A stretch of DNA of 64,000 nucleotides from the NCBI GenBank assembly GCA_963665325.3, contig OZ224045.1, positions 32,001 to 96,000 on the forward strand, in the 5' to 3' direction. A model generated the notes under the pieces. It searched no databases, was not told the origin of the DNA, and saw nothing but the letters and a program-made list of their open reading frames with translations. This document shows, in pieces, positions 30,820 to 40,312 of this stretch. Position 1 is the first letter of the stretch. Each line of letters starts with the position of its first letter. Source of the stretch: Alphaproteobacteria bacterium. GTDB lineage: Bacteria; Pseudomonadota; Alphaproteobacteria; Bin95. Position numbers and translations under genes: made by a program.

Positions 30820-31767
30820 TTACCAATCCGGCCCCGGCCGCTGGAAGGCGGCCGCGGCCAGCCCGGCCAGAGCGGGCGCAGGGTGCGTAACCACGGCGCT
30901 CGGTATGGCCTGGAGAAACTCCCGAAACCGGCCCTTGTCCGCGAACCGGTCGAGATAGGCCGCACGGTCGAAGCACGGGCCGAGGCGGGGCAGTATCCCG
31001 CCGGAAAGATATACGCCTCCCCCGGCAGCGAAGACGAGCGCGAGATCGGAAGCTGCCGTCGCCAGAAAGCGGGTAAAATGCCGGACGGCCGCGACGGCAA
31101 GCGGTTCGCCGGCGGCGGCGCGCGCCGTAACCTCTTCGGGAGCGGGCGCGGGCTTCCGGTCCCCGGCGACGGCGCGGTAGAGCAGCGCCAGCCCCGCACC
31201 GGACACGATCCGCTCGACCGAGACATGGCCGAAGTCCTGGCGAATTCCGGCGAGCAGGACAGCTTCGGTTTCGTTCGCCGCTGCGAGCGTCATATGCCCG
31301 GCCTCGCCGCAAACCGCCCGCCAGCCGCCGCCGGGCTCCGGAAGCAGGGCGGCGGCGCCGAAACCGGTGCCGGGGCCGAGCACGATCTTCGGAGCGCCGG
31401 CGTCCGGCGCAAAGGTCTCGCCGACAGGTGAGAGGTCGCGGTCCCCGAGGAAGGGCAGGGAGAGCGCTTGCGCTTCGAAATCGTTGAAAAGGCGGACCCG
31501 TTCGACGCCAAGGGCTTCGGCTATGGATGCACCGTCGACGATCCAGTTGCGGTTGGTCATGACAGCACGGCCGCCGGTCACCGGCCCGGCCACCGCCACG
31601 GCGGCGCGTTCGACCCCGGTCTCGCCCAGATAGCTCCGCGCTGCGTCCTCGAACGACGGGTGGTCGTCGGCCGCCAGCACGGAAACGGCCTCGGGCGGCC
31701 CGCCGCCGCGGCTCAGGGCGAAACGGATATTCGTGCCGCCGAGGTCGCAGAGGAGCGCCAGCGTCAC
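30820..31767 (-). CDS. glk: Glucokinase
   Basis: DLGGTNIRF, MTN, NDFEA, GPGTGFG, GEAGH, GGVYLSGG; GTG start overlaps the otsA stop. Confidence 0.9.
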   Translation of the reverse strand: MTLALLCDLGGTNIRFALSRGGGPPEAVSVLAADDHPSFEDAARSYLGETGVERAAVAVAGPVTGGRAVMTNRNWIVDGASIAEALGVERVRLFNDFEAQALSLPFLGDRDLSPVGETFAPDAGAPKIVLGPGTGFGAAALLPEPGGGWRAVCGEAGHMTLAAANETEAVLLAGIRQDFGHVSVERIVSGAGLALLYRAVAGDRKPAPAPEEVTARAAAGEPLAVAAVRHFTRFLATAASDLALVFAAGGGVYLSGGILPRLGPCFDRAAYLDRFADKGRFREFLQAIPSAVVTHPAPALAGLAAAAFQRPGPDW

Positions 31768-33143
31768 GCGAACGGCGCCTCCGCAAGCCGCGAGACGAAG
31801 GTTTCCCTCCAACGGCCGACATCGTTGCGGCGAAGTGTCTCCATATTCGCTTCCCAACGCTCGACCCGCTCTTCCCGCGGCATGTCCAGCGCCTGCTGCA
31901 CGGCTTCGGCCACGCCCTCGGCGTCGTATGGATTGACGATCAGGGCGCCCGGTATGGAATGGGCCGCGCCGGCGAAGCGCGACAGGACGAGCACGCCCGG
32001 GTCCGATGGCTGCTGGGACGCGACATATTCCATGGCCACCAGGTTCATGCCGTCGCGCAGCGGGGTAATCAGCCCGACCTGCGCGGCGCGCAGCAGGCCG
32101 AACAGCGTGCGCCGGGCGAAGCTCTTGTTGAGATACCGGATCGGCACCCAGTCGAAGTCTGCAAATTCGCCGTTGATGTGTCCCGCAAGCGTCTCCAGCG
32201 TCCGCCTGATTTCCTCATATTCGGGAACGCCTGCGCGGGTGGGCGTTGCAATCTGCATCAGGCTCACCCGGTTCCTGTTGGCCGGATAGGCGCCCAGAAG
32301 GTGGCCGAACGACACGAACCGCTCGGGAAGGCCCTTGGAATAGTCCAGCCGGTCCACGCCCACGATCAGCCGGCGCCCGCCAAGGCTGGTGCGCATGCGC
32401 GCGCTGTAGCGGGCTGCCGCGGCGCCGGCGGCTGCGCGCTCGATATTGTCCGTATCGACCCCGATGGGATGCACTTCCGCCGATGCCGTCCGCCCGAGGG
32501 CCCGGAAGACCGTATCGTCCGCCATCTCGCCGCCGGCCTCCTGGAGCGCGTAGTCGAGCAGGCCGCGGCGGTCGGCTTCGGTCTGGAAGCCGACAAGGTC
32601 GTAAGCGAAGAAGGAGCGCATCAGCTCCCGGTGCTCCGGCAGCGCCAGCAACAACTGCAGCGGCGGCAGGGGCGTGTGCAGGAAGAAGCCGATGCGGTTG
32701 GAGATTCCGGCGCGGCGGAGTTCCTCCGCCATCGGAATCAGGTGATAGTCGTGAACCCAGATGATGTCGTCCGGTTCGATGAGATCGATCAGCTTGCGGG
32801 CGAAATAGGCGTTGACACGCCTGTAGCCGGCATAATTGCGGCGGCTGAAATTCGCGAGGTCCAGCCGGTAGTGGAACAGCGGCCAGAGCGTGCTGTTCGC
32901 AAAGCCGTTGTAATATTCCTCGTGGTCCTGCGTCGATAAATCGAAGGTCGCGTAGGTCAACCTTCCGGACCGGACCTTGGTGACGACTTCGCCGGGGACG
33001 TCTGAGACTTCGCCGCTCCATCCGAACCAGATGCCGCCGGAGCGCTTGAGCGCCGCAAGGACAGCGACCGCGAGGCCCCCGGAGGTCGGCTTGGTCTCAT
33101 CGACCGGAGCCACCCGGTTGGAAACGACGACGAGCCGGCTCAT
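31764..33143 (-). CDS. otsA: Trehalose-6-phosphate synthase
   Basis: RLVVVSNRV, GGLA, LWPLFHYR, WVHDYHL, GVDRLDYSKG, DGMNLVAMEY. Confidence 0.96.
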   Translation of the reverse strand: MSRLVVVSNRVAPVDETKPTSGGLAVAVLAALKRSGGIWFGWSGEVSDVPGEVVTKVRSGRLTYATFDLSTQDHEEYYNGFANSTLWPLFHYRLDLANFSRRNYAGYRRVNAYFARKLIDLIEPDDIIWVHDYHLIPMAEELRRAGISNRIGFFLHTPLPPLQLLLALPEHRELMRSFFAYDLVGFQTEADRRGLLDYALQEAGGEMADDTVFRALGRTASAEVHPIGVDTDNIERAAAGAAAARYSARMRTSLGGRRLIVGVDRLDYSKGLPERFVSFGHLLGAYPANRNRVSLMQIATPTRAGVPEYEEIRRTLETLAGHINGEFADFDWVPIRYLNKSFARRTLFGLLRAAQVGLITPLRDGMNLVAMEYVASQQPSDPGVLVLSRFAGAAHSIPGALIVNPYDAEGVAEAVQQALDMPREERVERWEANMETLRRNDVGRWRETFVSRLAEAPFA

Positions 33144-33156
33144 GGCGGAGGCCTTC

Positions 33157-34935
33157 TCAGAACGCTTCCTCCCAGGGCGTGGAAAGGCGCAGCGCGGACA
33201 CGATCAGGCCGACCATGCTGTATGTCTGCGGAATGTTGCCCCACAACTCGTTCGTTTCGGTATCCAGGTCTTCCGACAACAGCCCGGCCGGGTTCCGGCA
33301 TGCGAGCATGTTTTCGAAGAGGCGGCGCGCCTCGTCCCGGCGGCCGACCGCCGCCAGAGCATCGATATACCAGAATGTGCAGACATTGAATGCGTTGTGC
33401 GGCGTCCCGAAGTCGTCGGCTTCGACATAGCGGAACACATGGTCGCCCCGGAGCAGTTCGCGCTCGACGGCGGCAATTGTGCCGAGAAAGCGCGGATCGT
33501 CGGCCTCGCAGAAGGAGAGCTCGTGCATCAGCAGCAGGGCGGCATCCACCTCCGTACCGCCGAACGCGCTGACATAGGCCCGCTTCTCGTCGTTCCAGCC
33601 ATCCTGCTCGATACGGGCCCGGATCGTACGGGCGTGCCCGTTCCAGACGGAAGCGCGGTCGGGATGCTCAAGCTGCATGGCGATGCGCGCCAGCCGGTCG
33701 CAGGCCGCCCAGCACATCAGCGCCGAGAAGGTGTGGGGACGCTGGCGCCCGCGCAGTTCCCAGAGGCCGGCATCGGGCTGGTCGAACATGCGCGCCGCCG
33801 TCTCGCCGACGCGCTCCAGGGTCTCGAACAGCCGGTCGTCGCCCTCTAGGTCGATGCGCTGGTCGAAGAACGCCTGTGCGCAGGCGAGCACGACGGCGCC
33901 ATAGACGTCGTGCTGGGTCTGCACATAGGCGAGATTCCCGACGCGCACGGGCTGGTGGCCGCGATAACCGCGCAGACTATCGACCGCCGACTCGGAAAGC
34001 GTCGTTTCCATCTGCACGCCGAACACGGGCTGCAGGCGACCGTCCGGACTTGAAGCGACGATATTGAGAATGTAGCGGAGGAACTCTTCCATGGTGCGCG
34101 TGGCGCCGAGGCGGTTGAGCGCGCGTATGGTGAAATAGGCGTCGCGCAGCCAGCAGAAACGGTAATCCCAATTGCGCTCCGTGCCCGCCGCCTCCGGCAC
34201 CGAGGTGGTGACGGCTGCCACGATCGCCCCGCTGTCCTCGACCGAGCAGAGTTTGAGCGTGATGGCGGCGCGGATCACGGCCTCCTGCCACTCGAAGGGC
34301 ACGGCTAAATAGCGCACCCACTCGCGCCAGTATTCGTCCGTCTGTTCCTCGAAATCGCGGGAAATCTCGCGCACGGGCCTCGTGAGCCCCTCGTCCTGCG
34401 CCAGGATGAGGTCGACCGGCTGGTCGAGGAGGAACGGTGTTTCGTCGAGCACGAAGGAGACCGGCACATCCGTCGTCAGCCGCAGGACATGGTCGGGCAG
34501 AATGTAGCGGATGTGGTTACTGCCGCGCGTAATGGTGGGTTTCTCGGCGCCGTAATTGCCGGCCGGCCGCAGGCGTATGCGGATACGCGGGGCGCCGCCC
34601 AGGCGGCGGATGCGGCGCACCAGCGTCAACGGGCGGAAAATCCGTCCGAACTGCTTGAACCGGGGTGCGAAATCCAGAATCTCGATAGCGGCCCCGTTCT
34701 CCGCGAACAGGCAGGTTTCGACGATCGCCGAGTTGGGCCGATAGGTCTGTTCGCTCCGCAGGAAGCCTTCGATCTCGATATCGTAGAACCCGATTTCGGT
34801 CTCGGGTTCCAGCAGGTCGCAGAACACGGGATTGCCGTCGAAGCGCGGCATGCAGGCCCAGACGATGCGCCCGGTCGGGTCGATCAGCGAGGCGTAGCTG
34901 CTGTTGCCGATCATGCTGAGTTCGAGCGAATGCAT
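33157..34935 (-). CDS. Glycoside hydrolase family 15 (trehalase/glucoamylase-like)
   Basis: GAIVAAVTTSVPE, RNWDYRFCWLRDA, QHDVYG, GLWE, GLLSED, WGNIPQTYS. Confidence 0.92.
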   Translation of the reverse strand: MHSLELSMIGNSSYASLIDPTGRIVWACMPRFDGNPVFCDLLEPETEIGFYDIEIEGFLRSEQTYRPNSAIVETCLFAENGAAIEILDFAPRFKQFGRIFRPLTLVRRIRRLGGAPRIRIRLRPAGNYGAEKPTITRGSNHIRYILPDHVLRLTTDVPVSFVLDETPFLLDQPVDLILAQDEGLTRPVREISRDFEEQTDEYWREWVRYLAVPFEWQEAVIRAAITLKLCSVEDSGAIVAAVTTSVPEAAGTERNWDYRFCWLRDAYFTIRALNRLGATRTMEEFLRYILNIVASSPDGRLQPVFGVQMETTLSESAVDSLRGYRGHQPVRVGNLAYVQTQHDVYGAVVLACAQAFFDQRIDLEGDDRLFETLERVGETAARMFDQPDAGLWELRGRQRPHTFSALMCWAACDRLARIAMQLEHPDRASVWNGHARTIRARIEQDGWNDEKRAYVSAFGGTEVDAALLLMHELSFCEADDPRFLGTIAAVERELLRGDHVFRYVEADDFGTPHNAFNVCTFWYIDALAAVGRRDEARRLFENMLACRNPAGLLSEDLDTETNELWGNIPQTYSMVGLIVSALRLSTPWEEAF

Positions 34936-34936
34936 C

Positions 34937-35662
34937 TCATCCCTCCATAGCGGCCAGCCAGGCATGGACCGCGGCAACGTCTGCAAGGTTCCACTCGGCG
35001 GCGGTCGTGTCACCCCCGCCTACGCGGACGGTCACCCCGCCTCGTGCCCGCACCGTCCGGAACGCAGCCTCGTCAGTTATATCATCGCCGGCAAATACCG
35101 GACGCCGGCCGGCGAACGGTGGTTCCGACATGAAGGCCGCGACCGCCATGCCCTTGTCTGCGCCGTCGGGGCGGAGTTCGATGACCGCCTTGCCATGCTG
35201 GATGACGATTCCGTCGCGCCCGAGTCCAAGCGCGGTTTCCACGGCTGCTGCGGCGGCCGCGCCCAACTCGGGCCGGGCGCGGTAGTGCAGGGCGAGTGCC
35301 GCGCCCTTGTCTTCGAGCAGGATACCCGGATGGTCGGCCGCAAAGGCTTGGAGCGTTGCCCGAAGCTCGTCGTAGCGGGGCAGGGTGGGGGGAGAGCCAT
35401 GCGTTCCGTTCGCAGATCGCCGTTCGAGTCCGTGCAAGCCCGCAGCAGGCAGGATTAGCGGCGCCAGGATGCGGTCGATTTCGGCGATGGACCGGCCGCT
35501 GATAACGGCCATCGCCGCCCCGACGCGCTGCGACACAGTTTCGAGCAATGCCGGTAGATGGCGCGCGGCCCGAGCGGCATCCGGCACAGGCGCAATTTCG
35601 ACGAGCGTGCCGTCGAGGTCGAGAAAGAGCGCGTCGCCCGCAGTGACGCGGGGCGGCGTCAT
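34937..35662 (-). CDS. otsB: Trehalose-6-phosphate phosphatase
   Basis: HAD motif FLDLDGTL, ISGR, GLHGLE, EDKG, GDDITDE. Confidence 0.93.
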   Translation of the reverse strand: MTPPRVTAGDALFLDLDGTLVEIAPVPDAARAARHLPALLETVSQRVGAAMAVISGRSIAEIDRILAPLILPAAGLHGLERRSANGTHGSPPTLPRYDELRATLQAFAADHPGILLEDKGAALALHYRARPELGAAAAAAVETALGLGRDGIVIQHGKAVIELRPDGADKGMAVAAFMSEPPFAGRRPVFAGDDITDEAAFRTVRARGGVTVRVGGGDTTAAEWNLADVAAVHAWLAAMEG

Positions 35663-36570
35663 GCGCGAGAGAGCTGCAGGGCGCCCGCTAGGCATTCGAA
35701 CAGGGCCGTGAGGTCGCGGGCGAGATGGACGAAATCGGCCCTGGGCTCGAGCGTGGCCTCGTCCATGTAGAGAGCCCGGTTGATTTCCACTTGAAGCGCG
35801 TGGCGGCCCTTGTCGGGCCGGCCGTAGCGTTTTGTGGTGTATCCCCCGGAATACGGATCGTTGCGCACCACGCTGTAGCCCCGGTCGGAAAGATGGGCGT
35901 CCGCGGCAGCGGCAATGCCGTGTGAGCACGCAGTGCCGTGACAGTCGCCGAGCACGATGTCCGCGCCCCTGGAGCCTTCGGGCCAGCGCCCGCCCCAGCT
36001 TGCCGACGGCATCGAGTGCAGGTCCACCAGCAGCGCCTGCCCGAACCGCCGGCGCGTTTCTTCGACCAGCGCCGCCAATTGCGCATGATAAGGCGCGTGC
36101 AGGCTTTCGACCCGCTGTTGAGCCTCGCGGAAGGTGAGCTTGGCGCGGTAGATTTCCAGGCCGTTGCCCGCCACGCGCGGAATCGTGCCGAGCCCGGCGG
36201 CGATGCGCGGCGTTCTGGTCTTTACATAGCGGGGCAGCGGCTCCGCGAACATTGCCGGGTCGAGTTCCCAGGGCTCGCGATTGACGTCCAGGAATACCCG
36301 GGGAAAAAGCGCGCGAAGCAGCGGTGCCCCGATCTCGACTGCGCCGGATCCGAGCCGGTCCACATGGCAATCTTCCATGCGTCGCAGCAGGGCCAGATCT
36401 AGCGGGGACGCATCCAGGAAGGCCCGCGGATAGACCGCGCCGCTGTGGGGGCTCGCAACGACGACAGGGAGCAATTGCTCTACCGGCCGCTGCACCTCAT
36501 GCGTTGCGCTGTTGGTGGCCGCCGCCGGTGGAGCCCGGATCGCGGCAGGCGAGAGCGTCTCGCCGTCCAT
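35659..36570 (-). CDS. N-formylglutamate amidohydrolase family protein
   Basis: SPHSG, ED, DVNR, GLGTIP, PYH, DLHSM, PYSGG, ALQVEINRALY. Confidence 0.9.
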   Translation of the reverse strand: MDGETLSPAAIRAPPAAATNSATHEVQRPVEQLLPVVVASPHSGAVYPRAFLDASPLDLALLRRMEDCHVDRLGSGAVEIGAPLLRALFPRVFLDVNREPWELDPAMFAEPLPRYVKTRTPRIAAGLGTIPRVAGNGLEIYRAKLTFREAQQRVESLHAPYHAQLAALVEETRRRFGQALLVDLHSMPSASWGGRWPEGSRGADIVLGDCHGTACSHGIAAAADAHLSDRGYSVVRNDPYSGGYTTKRYGRPDKGRHALQVEINRALYMDEATLEPRADFVHLARDLTALFECLAGALQLSRA

Positions 36571-36585
36571 CGGCCGGCGCGGCGA

Positions 36586-36807
36586 TCAGATACCGAAGTT
36601 CTTGAAGCGCTTGTTGAAGCGCGCGACCTGGCCGCCTGTATCGACAAGGCGTTGATTGCCTCCGATCCAGGCCGGGTGGGACAACGGGTCGATATCGAGC
36701 CGCAGCGTGTCGCCTTCCTTGCCCCAGGTGGAGCGCGTCTTGAATTCGGTCCCGTCGGTCATCACGACATTGATTTCGTGATAGTCGGGATGGGTGTCGG
36801 CTTTCAT
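36586..36807 (-). CDS. rpmE: 50S ribosomal protein L31
   Basis: [10 protein letters not shown]...[14 protein letters not shown]...[11 protein letters not shown]; lacks zinc-binding cysteines. Confidence 0.96.
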   Translation of the reverse strand: MKADTHPDYHEINVVMTDGTEFKTRSTWGKEGDTLRLDIDPLSHPAWIGGNQRLVDTGGQVARFNKRFKNFGI

Positions 36808-36939
36808 CGGGGCGGCACTCCCAAGAGGGCAAGGCGGGCTGTATAGCGAAGGCCGGCGCGGTGCTCAAGCTGCGTCATACTATGCGCAAGGCGGCGGGGC
36901 GGCTATTACCCGTTTCGGCGCAAGGACCGAAAAGAGGCG

Positions 36940-38787
36940 ATGCGACGACCCAGCCCGGCCATATCTGCCCGAGAGGCCTCGCGCAACCTGCGCCCCCTTC
37001 GCACGTTGGCGCGCTATCTCGTGCCGCACTGGCGGCAGGCCGCCGGCGCCGGCGTCGCGCTCATAGTCGCGGCGGGCACGGTTCTCGGCATCGGCCTGGG
37101 TCTGCGTCACCTCGTCGATAACGGCATTGCCGGCAACGATCCCGCCGTGCTGGACGCTGCCCTCATTATTCTGCTCGGTGTCGTCGTGGTGCTCGCGGCG
37201 GCGACCTTTTTCCGCTCCTATCTGGTCGCGTGGGTCGGGGAGCGGGTGGTGGCGGACCTGCGCCGCGACGTGTTCGCTCATATCCTGAAGCTCAGCCCGA
37301 GTTTCTTCGAGGTTACCAAGACGGGCGAAATCCTTTCGAGGCTGACGACGGATACCACGCTGATCCAGACCGTCGTCGGTTCGACGGTGTCGATGGCGCT
37401 CAGGAACGTGCTGCTGTTCATCGGCGCTGCGGCCATGCTGCTCGTCACGAGCCCGCGGCTCACCGGGCTGGTGGTACTGGTCATCCCGCTGGTGCTGCTG
37501 CCGATCCTGGTGCTGGGCCGGCGGCTGCGCCGCCTCTCCCGGGCTTCGCAGGATCGGGTGGCGGATGTGGGCGCACATGTCGAGGAATCGATCTCCGCCG
37601 TCCGCACCGTGCAGGCATTCGGCCATGAAGGCATGGATATCGTCGATTTCTCCATGCGGGTGGAAGAGGCGTTCCGCACCGCCATCCGGCGGACCCGCGT
37701 GCGCTCGGCGCTCGCCGTCATCGTGATCGTGCTGGCGCTCGGGGCGGTCTGTACGATCCTCTGGCTCGGCGGCCGGGACGTGATGTCGGGCGCCATGTCG
37801 GCGGGCGACCTCTCGGCCTTTGTCTTTTACGCGGTCGTGGCGTCGGCGGCGCTAGGCGCGCTCAGCGAGGTCGTGGGCGATCTCCAGCGCGCGGCCGGGG
37901 CGACGGAACGGCTGATGGACCTGCTGGCCGCGCAACCCGAGATCGCCGCGCCTGCCAATCCGGCCGTGCTGCCGGAACCCGCGAGGGGTGCGGTAGCCTT
38001 CGAAGGGACGACTTTCGCCTATCCCTCCGCGCCGGACAGGCCGGTTCTCGGAGCGTTCGACCTCGACATTGCGCCGGGCGAAACGGTGGCCGTGGTCGGG
38101 CCGTCGGGAGCCGGAAAGTCCACGCTCTTCAACCTGCTGCTGCGCTTCTACGACCCGGTGGGCGGGCGGATAACGCTCGACGGCGTGGATATCTGCCGCG
38201 CCGCCCCGGCGGCGGTGCGGGCGCAGTTCGGACTTGTGCCCCAGGAACCGGTCGTGTTCTCGACCACGGCGCGGGAGAACATCGCCTACGGCCGGCCCGA
38301 CGCCAGCAATGCGGAGATCGTCGAGGCGGCCAGGGCGGCGGCGGCAGACGATTTCCTCCGCGCGCTCCCGGAGGGCTATGACAGCTATCTTGGCGAACGC
38401 GGCGTGCGCCTCTCCGCCGGCCAGCGCCAGCGCCTCGCCATCGCCCGCGCCATATTGAGAGATCCGGCGGTATTGCTGCTCGACGAAGCGACGAGCGCAC
38501 TCGACTCCGAAAACGAACGGCTGATCCAGGACGCGCTGGGCCGCCTTTCGAGCGGCCGGACCACCATCGTTATCGCCCACCGCCTGGCGACGGTGATGAA
38601 CGCGGAGCGCATCGTCGTGCTGGACCGGGGCAGGGCCGTCGCAACCGGAACGCACGACCAGTTACTCGCGGCGGGCGGCCTCTATGCGCGCCTGGCCGAA
38701 TTGCAATTCACGGCAGGCGGCAATGGCGTGGCCCCGATCGCCGAGGCCGACATCGGGCCCCGGGTCTCCGCCGCCTCCCACGGCTGA
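36940..38787 (+). CDS. ABC exporter, fused permease/ATPase (MsbA-like)
   Basis: SRLTTDTTLIQ, Walker A GPSGAGKS, LSAGQRQR, LLLDEATSALD. Confidence 0.92.
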   Translation: MRRPSPAISAREASRNLRPLRTLARYLVPHWRQAAGAGVALIVAAGTVLGIGLGLRHLVDNGIAGNDPAVLDAALIILLGVVVVLAAATFFRSYLVAWVGERVVADLRRDVFAHILKLSPSFFEVTKTGEILSRLTTDTTLIQTVVGSTVSMALRNVLLFIGAAAMLLVTSPRLTGLVVLVIPLVLLPILVLGRRLRRLSRASQDRVADVGAHVEESISAVRTVQAFGHEGMDIVDFSMRVEEAFRTAIRRTRVRSALAVIVIVLALGAVCTILWLGGRDVMSGAMSAGDLSAFVFYAVVASAALGALSEVVGDLQRAAGATERLMDLLAAQPEIAAPANPAVLPEPARGAVAFEGTTFAYPSAPDRPVLGAFDLDIAPGETVAVVGPSGAGKSTLFNLLLRFYDPVGGRITLDGVDICRAAPAAVRAQFGLVPQEPVVFSTTARENIAYGRPDASNAEIVEAARAAAADDFLRALPEGYDSYLGERGVRLSAGQRQRLAIARAILRDPAVLLLDEATSALDSENERLIQDALGRLSSGRTTIVIAHRLATVMNAERIVVLDRGRAVATGTHDQLLAAGGLYARLAELQFTAGGNGVAPIAEADIGPRVSAASHG

Positions 38788-38805
38788 GGCCGTCCTCTTC
38801 CCACG

Positions 38806-38897
38806 CGTCGCCCCGGCCACCGGGCCGGGGCCTCTTGCCGTCAAGCCTCGGCCGCACGAGGCCCCGGATCGCCGCTGGCGCACCGTCCGGGGCGACG
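38806..38897. repeat. Nested palindrome between convergent genes (REP-like or bidirectional terminator)
   Basis: Perfect 11-bp IR at 38806-38816/38887-38897 and perfect 10-bp IR at 38825-38834/38858-38867. Confidence 0.65.
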
Positions 38898-38905
38898 ATT
38901 CGAAT

Positions 38906-40243
38906 CTAGTCCGTCCGCCGGACCGCGTCGGCTACGATCCCGAAGATCTCCTCGATCTGGCCGTCCTCGATAATGAAGGGCGGCGAGAAAGCGAGGGTGT
39001 CGCCGGCCTGGCGGCAATAGACGCCCGACTGCCAACAGTCGAGAAAGACATCGTAGCCGCGCCGGCCGGGCTCGCCGTCGCGCGGGGCGAACTCGACCGC
39101 GCCCATCATGCCGATATTGCGCACGTCGATGACGTTCGGCAGCCCTTTCAGGCTGTGAACGGCGTCTTCGAAAACCGGCGAAAGCGAGGCCGAACGCTCG
39201 AAAAGCTGCTCGTCCCGGTAGAGGTCGAGGGTTGCAAGGCCGGCCGCCACTGCCAGTGGGTGGGCGGAATAGGTGTAGCCGTGGGTGAGCTCGACCATCC
39301 ACTCCGGACCGGTCATGAAGGTGTCGTAGATCTCCTTCTTCATGACGACGGCAGAAGCCGGCACAGTGCCGTTGGTGAGGCCCTTGGCGAGCGTCATCAT
39401 GTCGGGCGTGACGCCAAAGCGCTCCGACGCGAACGCTGCGCCCACACGCCCGAAGCCGGTTATCACCTCGTCGAAGATCAGCAGGATGCCGTGCCGGTCG
39501 CAGATTTCGCGCAGCCGCTTCAGATAGCCTTTCGGCGGCGGATAGACGCCGATGGAGCCGGCGACCGGCTCGACGATGACGGCTGCAATGGTGGAGGCGT
39601 CGTGCAGGTCGACTATACGCTCGAGCTGATCGGCAAGATGGATGCCGTGCTCGGGTTCGCCCCGGCTGAAGGCGTTGCCGGCGAGGTCCAGCGTATGCGG
39701 CAGATGGTCCACGCCCGGCAGCAGCATGCCGAACGCCTTGCGGTTGTTCTTGATGCCGCCGACGGAGGTGCCGCCGAAGCCGACGCCGTGATAGCCGCGC
39801 TCGCGCCCGACGAGGCGGGTGCGCTGGCCTTCGCCGCGCGCGCGGTGCCAGGCGATGGCGATCTTGAGTGCGGTGTCCACCGCTTCGGAGCCGGAATTGG
39901 CGAAGAACACCGAATCCATGTCGGGCGGCGCGATCTGCATGATACGCGAGGCCAGCTCGAATGCCGCGGGATGCCCCATCTGGAAGGTGGGCGCGAAATC
40001 CATCGTCTCGACCTGCCGCTGCACGGCTTCCACGATGGGTTTGCGGCAATGGCCGGCATTCACGCACCAGAGCCCGGCGGAGGCGTCGAAGATACGTCTT
40101 CCGTCACGAGCGATGTAATGCACGCCTTCGGCGCCGACGATCAGGCGCGGGTCCGCCTTGAAGCTCCGGTTCGCCGTGAACGGCATGAAGAACGGTTCGA
40201 GATTGTTGGTGTCTGCGTGGGCGAGCGAAGCGGCGGTCGGCAT
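38906..40243 (-). CDS. Class III aminotransferase (omega-amino acid:pyruvate type)
   Basis: FMPFTANR, GLWCVNAGH, NSGSEAVDTALK, FDEVITGFGR, AKG, HGYTYSAHP. Confidence 0.92.
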   Translation of the reverse strand: MPTAASLAHADTNNLEPFFMPFTANRSFKADPRLIVGAEGVHYIARDGRRIFDASAGLWCVNAGHCRKPIVEAVQRQVETMDFAPTFQMGHPAAFELASRIMQIAPPDMDSVFFANSGSEAVDTALKIAIAWHRARGEGQRTRLVGRERGYHGVGFGGTSVGGIKNNRKAFGMLLPGVDHLPHTLDLAGNAFSRGEPEHGIHLADQLERIVDLHDASTIAAVIVEPVAGSIGVYPPPKGYLKRLREICDRHGILLIFDEVITGFGRVGAAFASERFGVTPDMMTLAKGLTNGTVPASAVVMKKEIYDTFMTGPEWMVELTHGYTYSAHPLAVAAGLATLDLYRDEQLFERSASLSPVFEDAVHSLKGLPNVIDVRNIGMMGAVEFAPRDGEPGRRGYDVFLDCWQSGVYCRQAGDTLAFSPPFIIEDGQIEEIFGIVADAVRRTD

Positions 40244-40312
40244 GGGCTGACGAAGCTCCCTGGATCGTTTCGCCGCGCACCATAGCAGACCGCCTTTGCT
40301 CGAGGCACCGGC

